Origin: an uncultured Pirellulales bacterium | GTDB taxonomy: Bacteria; Planctomycetota; Phycisphaerae; Sedimentisphaerales; Anaerobacaceae | Direction of reading: 5' to 3' | Assembly (NCBI GenBank): GCA_964421295.1 | Contig: CAYQXM010000015.1 | Location: 769 to 64,768, forward strand | Length of the DNA: 64,000 nucleotides | Shown here: positions 50,149 to 59,027 of the stretch, in pieces | Position numbering within the stretch: position 1 is the stretch's first letter | How the letters are laid out: each line of letters begins with the position of its first letter | Notes under the pieces: model-generated | The model's input: only the letters and a program-made list of their open reading frames with translations | Database searches by the model: none | Told to the model about the DNA's origin: nothing | Position numbers and translations under genes: made by a program

Positions 50149-51957
50149 CTACTCCGCCGGCGTGCGGCTGGCTTCGCCAGTATCGCCGTAGGCGCCCTGG
50201 TTCACCCGGCCGCCGTTGGGAGCAGGCTCCAGGGTGAAGACCGCGTTCAGATCGCCGGCGTCGATGCAAGGGCTGGTCACGTCGTCCAGCACCCACGAGG
50301 CGGTCTGGGGATTCCAGTGTCCGGCCTTGGACTTGAGGTGGCAGTCTCCGAGGACGTAGGCGTTTGGATCGGTCCAGGTGCCTGAAGTCACGAACAGTGG
50401 GTCGGCATCGACATTGCCCTGGCCCGTGAAGCCGCCCTGCACATCCGAGTAGGATACAGTGACATTGCCTTTGATCTGGGCATTGTTCACCGAGACCCCG
50501 TTGCCGGAGAGGATCGAATTGGACACCGTGATCCCGTCGCCGTCCAGAGCGTAGCCCCGGTTTTGGGTGATCGTGCCATGGGCGAGGTCGACCGTGCTGT
50601 AGACGAGGCGTCGGCCCTTCACGGGCAGCGAGGATAGACCTGTCCCGCCGTTGCCCGCGATGATGCAATGGTCCAGGCTGAGGGTGCTCTCATTGCTGAC
50701 CTCGACGCCGCAGTCCCGGTTGCCCGTGATGACGCACGCACTCAGGTTCAGCTCGGCCCCCGCGCAGACGATGCCGTCGGCGCCGCCGGTGATCGTCAGG
50801 CCCTGGAGGGAGCGCAGGGCCGTCCCGGCGGACAGAGTCACGACCGCCGTGCTGCCGTCGCCCACGAGGCGGGTCAGAGACACCACCGCCGAATCCTGGG
50901 GATTGGTCGAGCGGATCGTCAGCGGGATGTTGGGGAGAGTGATGGTCTCTTTGTACGTGCCGGGTGAGACCTCGATAATGTCGCCGGACTGGGCGTAGTT
51001 GATCGCGGCTTGGAGGGAGGTGAAGCGCACGCCGGTGGAGAGATTGCCGATCGGACCGTTGGGATCGGGTAGGAAGGCCGTGACACTCACCCAGTAGATG
51101 TTTCTTTCTCCAGCCGAGTTGGCACGGGAAAAGAACAGATATCTGTAATCCGGGGATAGACAAGGGGAATCCTCAGATCCTGAGGTATTAAAGGTGGGTC
51201 CCAGGTTTCGAGGGGTAGCCCATCCCCCCAGGCCATCTGCAAAACTGACATAAAGATCCACCGCTCCAAAACCACCGGGGCGACCGGACATGAGGACCAC
51301 ATACTCCTCGTTAGGTCCGGGTACAGCCGCGCAATCATAGCTGTTGCTGTTTAGGTCGAGCTGGTTTTGGGCATCTGTAAACTGCCCCTCTGAAGACCTG
51401 ATTCGATACAGATCGCATGCGCCCCGTCCGCCGGGACGCCACGAACACATCCACATGTTCCCAAGGCTGGAGATATGGCAACTGGCACTGCCATTCAACC
51501 CAGACGGATTGATGTTGACTGGGGCAGGCAGGGTCTCCGGACTGGACCACTCCTGTATCCCCGATCCAGCCGGGGACCTGTGGACCCTGTAGATAGTGGA
51601 GTCCCGGAGGAAGTACAGGGATTGATCATTGTCCGCCAGGCTCGGGCAAGAAGTCAGACTGTCTAAGTATGGGGCCTTCACGGGCGTGGTCCAGAGTCCA
51701 CCTTCATATCTTGTGACCATAATTTGACCCGCTGGAGAAGACACATCGAAATAGCATTCCCGCCCGTCCTTGGTGAAGCAGATATTACCTTCACCACGGT
51801 TGGGAAGGCAGATCATCCCCGGCGCAAAAACCTTGGGCGTTAGTCCCGGCGGTTCCTGACCCATATAGGGCAGGGGACTGTTGCTGTCTGCCGCGAGGAC
51901 CGGCATGGTCGCCCACAGGACGATCCAGCCGACTATTCTTGTCTGTCGAGCCTTCAT
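50149..51957 (-). CDS. Secreted PD40/TolB-like beta-propeller + right-handed beta-helix protein (array paralog 1)
   Basis: Signal peptide MKARQTRIVGWIVLWATMPVLAADSN. PD40-type repeats (RPGGFGAVDLYVSF, FFSRANSAGERNIYWVSV). Helix part IRSTNPQDSAVVSLT...LQGLTITGGADGIVC. C-terminal DADPLFV...CIDAGD...NGGRVNQGAYG. Confidence 0.8.
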   Translation of the reverse strand: MKARQTRIVGWIVLWATMPVLAADSNSPLPYMGQEPPGLTPKVFAPGMICLPNRGEGNICFTKDGRECYFDVSSPAGQIMVTRYEGGLWTTPVKAPYLDSLTSCPSLADNDQSLYFLRDSTIYRVHRSPAGSGIQEWSSPETLPAPVNINPSGLNGSASCHISSLGNMWMCSWRPGGRGACDLYRIRSSEGQFTDAQNQLDLNSNSYDCAAVPGPNEEYVVLMSGRPGGFGAVDLYVSFADGLGGWATPRNLGPTFNTSGSEDSPCLSPDYRYLFFSRANSAGERNIYWVSVTAFLPDPNGPIGNLSTGVRFTSLQAAINYAQSGDIIEVSPGTYKETITLPNIPLTIRSTNPQDSAVVSLTRLVGDGSTAVVTLSAGTALRSLQGLTITGGADGIVCAGAELNLSACVITGNRDCGVEVSNESTLSLDHCIIAGNGGTGLSSLPVKGRRLVYSTVDLAHGTITQNRGYALDGDGITVSNSILSGNGVSVNNAQIKGNVTVSYSDVQGGFTGQGNVDADPLFVTSGTWTDPNAYVLGDCHLKSKAGHWNPQTASWVLDDVTSPCIDAGDLNAVFTLEPAPNGGRVNQGAYGDTGEASRTPAE

Positions 51958-52035
51958 GATTTCACTCCTCAATGATTAAGACTCCCGTCAGGCGGACACA
52001 CTGTCCATCGTCAATGACGCCCTCCGACACGAACT
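51958..52035 (-). repeat. Inter-paralog spacer, copy 2 (5'-leader part only)
   Basis: gatttcactcctcaatgattaagactcccgtcaggcggacacactgtccatcgtcaatgacgccctcc aligns with 55328-55395. It diverges beyond that point. Confidence 0.65.
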
Positions 52036-52194
52036 GGAGTCACCGTCAACCCGGTAGCATGGCCGGCTTTTCAACCTTACCATCCCGGAATCTCTCGCGG
52101 CGTTTCATGTCTCTGGCGAATTACGTAGAAATAATCCAGAATAAAGTTGAAGCGCATAGGCCAATGTCGGGATAACAATGTCAGACGAGTCCAA

Positions 52195-53517
52195 ATGGGC
52201 AAACAGACTGACGATCTCGAGATGATTCGGCAGGCCCGTCTCGGCAATCGGGACAGTATGTCTCGTCTCGCCGAGACGGCCCGGGGGAAGGTCTTTGTTT
52301 ACCTGTACCGCGTCACGCTCAACTATCACCTGGCGCAGGACCTTTCACAGGAGACGATCCTGGAGATGCTGAAATCCCTCCCACGATTGAAGATTGACGG
52401 CGCCAGTCTATTCTGGTCTTGGCTGTATCGCACGGCCCTGGGAAAATTCCAGCACCACTTCAGATGCCAGGGCGATCGGAGAGTCGAGCAGAAGACCGTA
52501 TTCAGCGACGCCGAACTATTGGACCACATCGGCAAAGACGACCAGAGCGGCCTGGAAGCACTCTTGCGCAAGGAGCTTTCACAAGTGGTCTTCAAGGCGA
52601 TGAGCGGGATGAGGATCGCGCACCGGAACGTTCTGACGTTGCGGTGTTTCAACGATATGTCGTATGCCCAAATCGCCGCGGTGATGGGCGTTTCGGAAAT
52701 ACAGGCCCGGTTGCAGTTCTTTCGTGCCAAGCAGTCGCTGAAAAAACAACTGGCTGAAAGTGGATACAAGAAGGAGTATCTGCTGCCCGCACTTGGCTTG
52801 TTTGGCACCATCACGGGTTTTTCCGTTAAATCCGCCGCGGCAGCTGCCCCTGTGGGTCCGGCCGCGATGGACATCGGCGTGCCTGCCGCCGCCCTTGGCG
52901 TCGCCACCTCCAAGACAGGGATTCTCATGATTGCCGCTGCGTTGATGGCGGTATCGGCGGGTGTCGCGACGGTTGCAGCGCGAAAGGAAATCGCCGTTTA
53001 TCCTCCTCCCAGCAGGATGCTCTCAGGCCCCGCGGCTGCCGCAGTATTTGAGAGTCCTTCGCGTCTGCTCTTTGCGGCCGACCCGGACAACAACGGATGG
53101 AAGGCGGCGCATCATCTGAAGCCAACGGAACCTGCCGTTCCCATTCGACCTGAAGACCTCCTCCTGGGCCATCGCAAACGCAGCTTCGCCGATCTGGCTG
53201 TAATCCTCCCGCAAGGGCACACGCTGGTCTTCCGCTTTTCCGGCGAAGTCGCAAATAGTCAGGGGACAAGCATCTGCTATGAGGGAAGGATAACCGGCAA
53301 GCTGCCTCGCCTGGTCGTTGGCGACGGCGTGTCACGAGAAGTCGAGGTTACCTCCGCGCCGAGCGTTGAGAATCTTGAAAACGGCTATCAACTGATTGGT
53401 TATGACATTGCGAATCTGCCCTACAAGCCCCGCACGGTGGTTCTCACCGGAGTCGACAACGCGGGCCCATGGGGCGGCGTCGAACTTTCCGGGGTGTGGG
53501 CCAGACTCTCCAGGTAG
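52195..53517 (+). CDS. ECF-type sigma-70 factor with a C-terminal two-TM and ~170-aa extracytoplasmic extension
   Basis: Region 2 (YLYRVTLNYHLAQDLSQETILEM). Region 4 HTH (MSYAQIAAVMGVSEIQARLQFFRAKQSLKKQL). Then TM segments YLLPALGLFGTITGFSV and GILMIAAALMAVSAGVATVAA. Confidence 0.75.
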   Translation: MGKQTDDLEMIRQARLGNRDSMSRLAETARGKVFVYLYRVTLNYHLAQDLSQETILEMLKSLPRLKIDGASLFWSWLYRTALGKFQHHFRCQGDRRVEQKTVFSDAELLDHIGKDDQSGLEALLRKELSQVVFKAMSGMRIAHRNVLTLRCFNDMSYAQIAAVMGVSEIQARLQFFRAKQSLKKQLAESGYKKEYLLPALGLFGTITGFSVKSAAAAAPVGPAAMDIGVPAAALGVATSKTGILMIAAALMAVSAGVATVAARKEIAVYPPPSRMLSGPAAAAVFESPSRLLFAADPDNNGWKAAHHLKPTEPAVPIRPEDLLLGHRKRSFADLAVILPQGHTLVFRFSGEVANSQGTSICYEGRITGKLPRLVVGDGVSREVEVTSAPSVENLENGYQLIGYDIANLPYKPRTVVLTGVDNAGPWGGVELSGVWARLSR

Positions 53518-53533
53518 GCCGTGACCTGTTTGT

Positions 53534-55327
53534 CTACTCCACCACCGTGCGGCTGGCCTCGACTGTGCCGCCGTAGGCACCCAGGTTCGCCCGGCCGCCG
53601 TTCGGCATCGGTTCAAGGTTGAAGACAGCGTTCGGATCGCCCGCATCGATGCACAGGCTGGTCACCTCGTCCAGGATCCAGGCGAGGGTCTTGGGGTTCC
53701 AGTGGCCGGCCTTGGACTGGAGATGATAGTCTCCCGCAACGTAAGTGTTCGGATCGGTCCACGTGCCGGAAGTCACGAACAGTGGATCGGCGTCGATATT
53801 ACCCGGGCCTGTGAAGCCATCCTGTATGTCCGAGTATGATATGGCGACATTGCTGCTCTTGCTTTGGATGTTACCAGTTGTGAGACCGTTGCTGCAGAGG
53901 ATCGAATTGGTGACTGTGATCTCTTCCCCGTCCAAGGCGCAGCCCCGGTTCTGGGTGATCGTGCAATGAGCGAGATTGACCTTGCTGTAGACCAGGCGCC
54001 GGCCCTTCACAGGTACCGAGGACAGGCCTGCCCCGCCGTTGCCCGCCACGAGGCAATGATCCAGATTCAGTGTGCTCTCCTGACTGACCTCGATGCCGCA
54101 GTCGCGGTGGCCCGTGATGACGCAGGAACTCAGACTCAACTTGGCCCCGGCGCAGACGATGCCGTCGGCGCCGCCCGTGATGGTCAGGCCCTGGAGTGAG
54201 CGCAGGGCTGAACCCGGCGCGAGTGTCACGACCGCCGCGGTTCCATCGCCCGTGGCGCTGGTCAGCGAGACGACCGCCGAATCCTGGGGATTGGTCGAGC
54301 GGATCGTCAGCGGGATGTTGGGCACAACGATGTTTTCTTGGTACGTGCCGGGCGAGATCGAGATGACCTGGCCCGACTCGGCGTAGTTGATCGCCGTCTG
54401 AATGGAGGCGAAGCGCTGCCCGGAGGTGAGATTGTAGATCGGCCCGTTCGGATCAGGCAGAAACGCCCCGACGCTGACCCAGTAGATATTCGTATCTGTA
54501 GAGGCATCCTCGCGGGAGAAGAACAGATATTTGTGGTCCGGCGAGAGGGATGGAACCGCGTCATGCTTCGATGAATTGATGATCGGCCCCAGGTTCCTGG
54601 GCGCGGTCCAGCCGCCTTGGCCGTCCGGGAAACCGATGTAGAGATCAACGCCGCCGAAACCCCCGGCGCGGTCGGAATGAAAGACCACGTAGTCCTCGTT
54701 GGGCCCCGGCACGGGCTGACAATCAGCGGACGAGAGATTGAGGCTGGCGAGGTTCGTAGCCTGCGTGAACTGCCCACCGGCAAAAGAGACCCGCCACACA
54801 TCGCACCCGCCCATCCCTCCGGCACGGTGCGAACAGATCCACAGGTTCCCCAGGGTGGAGATGTGACAACTCCACTCGGCCGCGCTGGAACTGGCCGGTT
54901 CCGCCACGAATTCCGGCTGGGACCATCCTTGGGCGGTTCGGCGGACTCTCCAGATATCCATGCTCCGGTTGAAATACAGGGTCTGATCCCCGTCCGCGAG
55001 ATCCGGGCACAGGGATTGAGTGTTGGAGAACGGCGCCACGACCGGTGAGGTCCACTGTCCGTTCTCATAGCGCATGACCAGGATGTGAGCGCTCGACCAG
55101 TCCGCGGCGCGCACGGCGAGATAACACTCCCGCCCATCCTTGCTGAGGCACAGACTGTGCTCGCAGCGGTTGGCAACGCTGATGAGTCCGGGCGCGAAGA
55201 GCTTGGGCACGAATCCCGGCGGCTCCTGGCCCATATAGGGCGGGACACCATTGCTGTCCGCCGCAAACACAGGACAGGCTGCCAGCAGGACGATCCAACC
55301 GACCATTCTTGTTTTTCGAGCCGTCAT
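53534..55327 (-). CDS. Secreted PD40 propeller + beta-helix protein (array paralog 2)
   Basis: ATG at 55327 follows GAGGAG. MTARKTRMVGWIVLLAACPVFAADSNGVPPYMGQEPPG. Same domain order as paralog 1. Confidence 0.8.
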   Translation of the reverse strand: MTARKTRMVGWIVLLAACPVFAADSNGVPPYMGQEPPGFVPKLFAPGLISVANRCEHSLCLSKDGRECYLAVRAADWSSAHILVMRYENGQWTSPVVAPFSNTQSLCPDLADGDQTLYFNRSMDIWRVRRTAQGWSQPEFVAEPASSSAAEWSCHISTLGNLWICSHRAGGMGGCDVWRVSFAGGQFTQATNLASLNLSSADCQPVPGPNEDYVVFHSDRAGGFGGVDLYIGFPDGQGGWTAPRNLGPIINSSKHDAVPSLSPDHKYLFFSREDASTDTNIYWVSVGAFLPDPNGPIYNLTSGQRFASIQTAINYAESGQVISISPGTYQENIVVPNIPLTIRSTNPQDSAVVSLTSATGDGTAAVVTLAPGSALRSLQGLTITGGADGIVCAGAKLSLSSCVITGHRDCGIEVSQESTLNLDHCLVAGNGGAGLSSVPVKGRRLVYSKVNLAHCTITQNRGCALDGEEITVTNSILCSNGLTTGNIQSKSSNVAISYSDIQDGFTGPGNIDADPLFVTSGTWTDPNTYVAGDYHLQSKAGHWNPKTLAWILDEVTSLCIDAGDPNAVFNLEPMPNGGRANLGAYGGTVEASRTVVE

Positions 55328-55475
55328 GATCCCACTCCTCGAACATTGAGACTCCCGCCAGGCGGACACAACGTCCATCCTCAATGACGCCCTCCAACGC
55401 TCATGAGCATCACCTTTTACTAAACGCAGCGACACGGCCGGCGTTTCAATTTTCGCCCGGAAATGTGCTGATTGT
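55328..55475 (-). repeat. Inter-paralog spacer, copy 3 (complete)
   Basis: Near-identical to 57282-57416 apart from a 13-14 nt indel (tcatgagcatcac). Confidence 0.8.
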
Positions 55476-57281
55476 CTACTCCATCGGCGTGCGGCTGGCT
55501 TCGGTCGTGTTGCCGTAGGCGCCTAAATTCGCCCGACCGCCGTTGGGCGCGGGCTCCAGGCTGAAGCTCGCCGTCGGATCGCCCGCATCGATGCAGGGAC
55601 TGGTCACGTCATCCGGAACCCAGATACTCGCGTTGGCGTTCCAGTGGCCCGCCTCTGACTTGAGATGATGATCGCCGGCGACGTACGTATTCGGATCAGC
55701 CCAACTGCCCGATGTCACAAACAGCGGGTCGGCATCGGTGTTGCCCTGGCCCGTGAAGCCACCCTGCACGTCCGAGTAGGAAATGGCGACGTTGCTGCTC
55801 TTGCTCTGGACGTTGCCTGTCGCCAGGCCGTTGCCGGAGAGGATCGAATTGGACACCGTGATCCCGTCGCCGTCCAGGGCGTAGCCGCGATTCTGGGTAA
55901 TCGTGCAATGGTTGAGGTCCACCTTGCTGTAGACGAGGCGTCGACCTTTTACGGGCACCGAGTACAGGCCCGCCCCACCGTTGCCCGCCAGGATGCAGTG
56001 ATCCAGACTCAGCATGCTCTCGTTGCTGACCTCGATGCCACAGTCCCGATTGCCCGTGAGAACGCAGGAGCTCAATTTCAATTGCGCCGCGGTGCAGACG
56101 ATGCCGTCCGCGCCGCCGGTGATCGTCAGCCCCTGGAGGGAGCGCAGGGCTGAACCCGGTGCGAGTGTCACGACCGCCGAGGTTCCGTCGCCCACGGCAC
56201 TAGTCAGGGAGACGACCGCCGAATCCTGGGGATTGGTCGAGCGGATCGTCAGCGGGAGATTGGGCACTACGATGTTCTCGTGGTACGTGCCCGGCGCGAT
56301 CGAGATGACCTGACCCGACTCAGCGTAGTTGAGCGCCGCCTGGATGGAGGCGAAGCGCTGGCCGGTGGAGAGATTGTAGACCGGTCCGTTCGGATCGGGC
56401 AGGAAGGCCTTGACACTCACCCAGTAGATATTCGAATCATTGGAGGTCTCGCGGTTGAAGAACAGATACCTGTAATCCGGCGATAGGGAAGGGCCTCCTT
56501 CACTCCTTGAGGAATTGATGATCGGCCCCAGATTTCGAGGTGCTGTCCAGCCGCCATGGCCGTCGGCAAGACTGATATAGAGGTCTATGCCTCCGAACCC
56601 ACCCGGGCAGTCGGACTGCCAGATGACATACGCCTCATCCGGTCCGGGTACGGGGTAACAGTCACTGGCCGTGGTGTTGAGGCTGCGAAGGTCCGTGGCC
56701 TCGGTAAACTGCCCGTTTGCGGACTGGATCCGCCACAGATCGCACTGACCTACACCCCCTGTGCGCCAAGAACAGATCCACATGTTCCCAAGGCTGGAGA
56801 TACTGCAACTGGGCGCGCCCTGCGGTGAAGTGACTGGGGCAGGCACGACCTCCGGTTGGGACCAGGCCTGGATCCCCGATCCGGTCAGGGATCGGTGGAC
56901 CTTCCAGATACTGCGGTCTCGGCTGAAATACAGGGATTGATCGTTGTCTGTCAGGGACGGGGATTGGGATTGACTGTTTGAGAACACCGCCTGTACCGGA
57001 GAGGTCCATTGCCCGTTCTCGTAGCGCGTGACCATGATCTGGACGGTCGACCAATTGGCAGCCGGAACGGTGATATAACATTCCCGCTCGTCCTGGCTGA
57101 GGCAAATGCTGTGTTCAAATCGGTTGGGAAGGCTGACGAGCCCTGGGGCAAAGACCTTGGGCGTCAGCCCCGGCGGCTCCTGGCCCATATAGGGCGGGAC
57201 ACCATTGCTGTCCGCCGCAAACACAGGACAGGCTGCCAGCAGGACGATCCAACCGACCATTTTTGTTTTTCGAGCCTTCAT
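55476..57281 (-). CDS. Secreted PD40 propeller + beta-helix protein (array paralog 3)
   Basis: ATG at 57281. MKARKTKMVGWIVLLAACPVFAADSNGVPPYMGQEPPG; residues from MVGW through EPPG are identical to paralog 2. Confidence 0.8.
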   Translation of the reverse strand: MKARKTKMVGWIVLLAACPVFAADSNGVPPYMGQEPPGLTPKVFAPGLVSLPNRFEHSICLSQDERECYITVPAANWSTVQIMVTRYENGQWTSPVQAVFSNSQSQSPSLTDNDQSLYFSRDRSIWKVHRSLTGSGIQAWSQPEVVPAPVTSPQGAPSCSISSLGNMWICSWRTGGVGQCDLWRIQSANGQFTEATDLRSLNTTASDCYPVPGPDEAYVIWQSDCPGGFGGIDLYISLADGHGGWTAPRNLGPIINSSRSEGGPSLSPDYRYLFFNRETSNDSNIYWVSVKAFLPDPNGPVYNLSTGQRFASIQAALNYAESGQVISIAPGTYHENIVVPNLPLTIRSTNPQDSAVVSLTSAVGDGTSAVVTLAPGSALRSLQGLTITGGADGIVCTAAQLKLSSCVLTGNRDCGIEVSNESMLSLDHCILAGNGGAGLYSVPVKGRRLVYSKVDLNHCTITQNRGYALDGDGITVSNSILSGNGLATGNVQSKSSNVAISYSDVQGGFTGQGNTDADPLFVTSGSWADPNTYVAGDHHLKSEAGHWNANASIWVPDDVTSPCIDAGDPTASFSLEPAPNGGRANLGAYGNTTEASRTPME

Positions 57282-57416
57282 GATCCCACTCCTCGAACAT
57301 TGAGACTCCCGCCAGGCGGACACAGTGTCCATCCTCAATGACGCCCTCCAACGCCTTTACTAAACGCAGTGGCATGACCGGCGTTTCAATTTTCTACCCC
57401 GAAATCTGCCAACTAG
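57282..57416 (-). repeat. Inter-paralog spacer, copy 4 (complete)
   Basis: See copy 3. Confidence 0.8.
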
Positions 57417-59027
57417 CTACTCCGCCGGGGTGCGGCTGGCTTCGGCGGTCCCACCGTACGCGCCGAGATTCGCCCGGCTGCCGTGCGGAACAGGCTCTCG
57501 ATCGAAAGCCGCACTCGGATTGCCCGCATTGGTGGTGTCGTCCAAGACCCAGGTGCAGGTCCTGAGATTCCAATGGCCGACTTGAGACTTGAGGTGGTAG
57601 TCTCCCAGGGTGTAGGTGTTCGGATCGGTCCAGGTGCCCGCGGCTGCAAACAGGGGATCAGTATCAATGCTCTCCTGCCCGGCAAAGCCGCCCTGGACGT
57701 CTGAGTACGATACATAGAGGTTGTTGCCCTTGATCTGCATGTCCCCGTTGCTGTAGAGGATCGAGTTGGCCACCGTGATCCCATCGCCCCCCAGGCCATA
57801 ACCTCCGTTCTGGATCAGGCGGCACTGGTTGAGGTTTACCTTGTTGACCTTGACCAGTCCCCTGCCCCTGGTCTTGGGTACGGACCGAAGCCCGGCCGCT
57901 TTGTTGCCGGCCACGATGCAGTGGTCCAGACTGAGGGTGCTCTCTGCAGGTACCGGGCGAGAGCTGGAGACAATCGCCGGACTGGGCGCAGTTGACCCCG
58001 GTCTGGATGGAGCCGAAGCGCTCACCGGTCGAGAGATTGACGACTGGGCCATTTGGATCGGCAATACGGATCGAGCATCCACCCAGTACACATCATGGTC
58101 GTGATCGGGAGTCCAGCGGGTGAAGAAGAGGTACTGGCCATCTCGCGAGAGCATCGGGAACCGTTCCATCCGGTCCGTATTGATTGGTTCGCCCAGGCTG
58201 ACGGGATCGGTCCAACTGCCGTCCGCCAGGCGGCTGATGTAGAGATCGCCATCACCGCGGCTGGGATCGCGCCGGTCCGAGGAGAACAGCAGGTAGCTCT
58301 CGTCCGGCGCAATGAACGGTGTCCAGTTCAGGAAGGGAGGAAGGTTAATGCTGCGAGGGAGCAACTCCGGTTTTGCGTACTCGCCATTGGCGAGCTCCGT
58401 CCGGTAGATGCCGTAATCGTTGAGCGGACCGGGCGTGTAGCCCGTGAAGTAGAGGGTGCCGTTGCGAGTGAAAGAGGGACCACTAACCGATTTCAGTTCA
58501 GGAAAGACGGTCAGGAGCCCCAGGGATCTTCGTTCGCTCCAGCCGTTCCCCGTCTTCTCGACATATACGATGTCGTAGACTCTGGAGCCGCCGGAGGGTG
58601 GCGGAGCCGCGTCCGCCGAGCCGAAGTAGAGACGTTTCCCATCGGGTGAGAAAACCGGCCCGCCATCGACGAATTTGCCCGAGAATGGAGCCACGGTCGG
58701 CACCGACCACGTGCCGCTTTCGCGCCGCATGGTCATGATCACCTGCGGCTCCCCTTTGTCGGGCCACCGCCACAGGGACCAGAAGACCTCGTTGCCGTCC
58801 GGCGAAAATGCCGGCGCACTGTGTTCGAGGTGGTCGGTCGACACGATCCCGCGGGCGAAGACCTGCGGCGTGGCGCCGGGTGGAGGCTGACCCAGATAGT
58901 CGCACGCAACTTGAGACCTTGTGTCGAGCTTGCCCCCAAGGTCGGTGATCCGAGACCCGGCTTCCACCTGGCCCTTGGACACCTCCTGCGCCAGGAGCAC
59001 TGTGATCAGTAGTCCGACAGGCGTCAA
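57417..59027 (-). CDS. Divergent PD40/TolB-like propeller + truncated beta-helix protein (array paralog 4; rearranged)
   Basis: The propeller belongs to a different subfamily (APAFSPDGNEVFW, VFSPDGKRLYF, LFSSDRRDP). It has a Ser/Pro linker, then only the last helix rungs and the shared C-terminal module. Non-ATG start: TTG at 59027, overlapping the upstream stop by 4 nt. Confidence 0.65.
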   Translation of the reverse strand: MTPVGLLITVLLAQEVSKGQVEAGSRITDLGGKLDTRSQVACDYLGQPPPGATPQVFARGIVSTDHLEHSAPAFSPDGNEVFWSLWRWPDKGEPQVIMTMRRESGTWSVPTVAPFSGKFVDGGPVFSPDGKRLYFGSADAAPPPSGGSRVYDIVYVEKTGNGWSERRSLGLLTVFPELKSVSGPSFTRNGTLYFTGYTPGPLNDYGIYRTELANGEYAKPELLPRSINLPPFLNWTPFIAPDESYLLFSSDRRDPSRGDGDLYISRLADGSWTDPVSLGEPINTDRMERFPMLSRDGQYLFFTRWTPDHDHDVYWVDARSVLPIQMAQSSISRPVSASAPSRPGSTAPSPAIVSSSRPVPAESTLSLDHCIVAGNKAAGLRSVPKTRGRGLVKVNKVNLNQCRLIQNGGYGLGGDGITVANSILYSNGDMQIKGNNLYVSYSDVQGGFAGQESIDTDPLFAAAGTWTDPNTYTLGDYHLKSQVGHWNLRTCTWVLDDTTNAGNPSAAFDREPVPHGSRANLGAYGGTAEASRTPAE

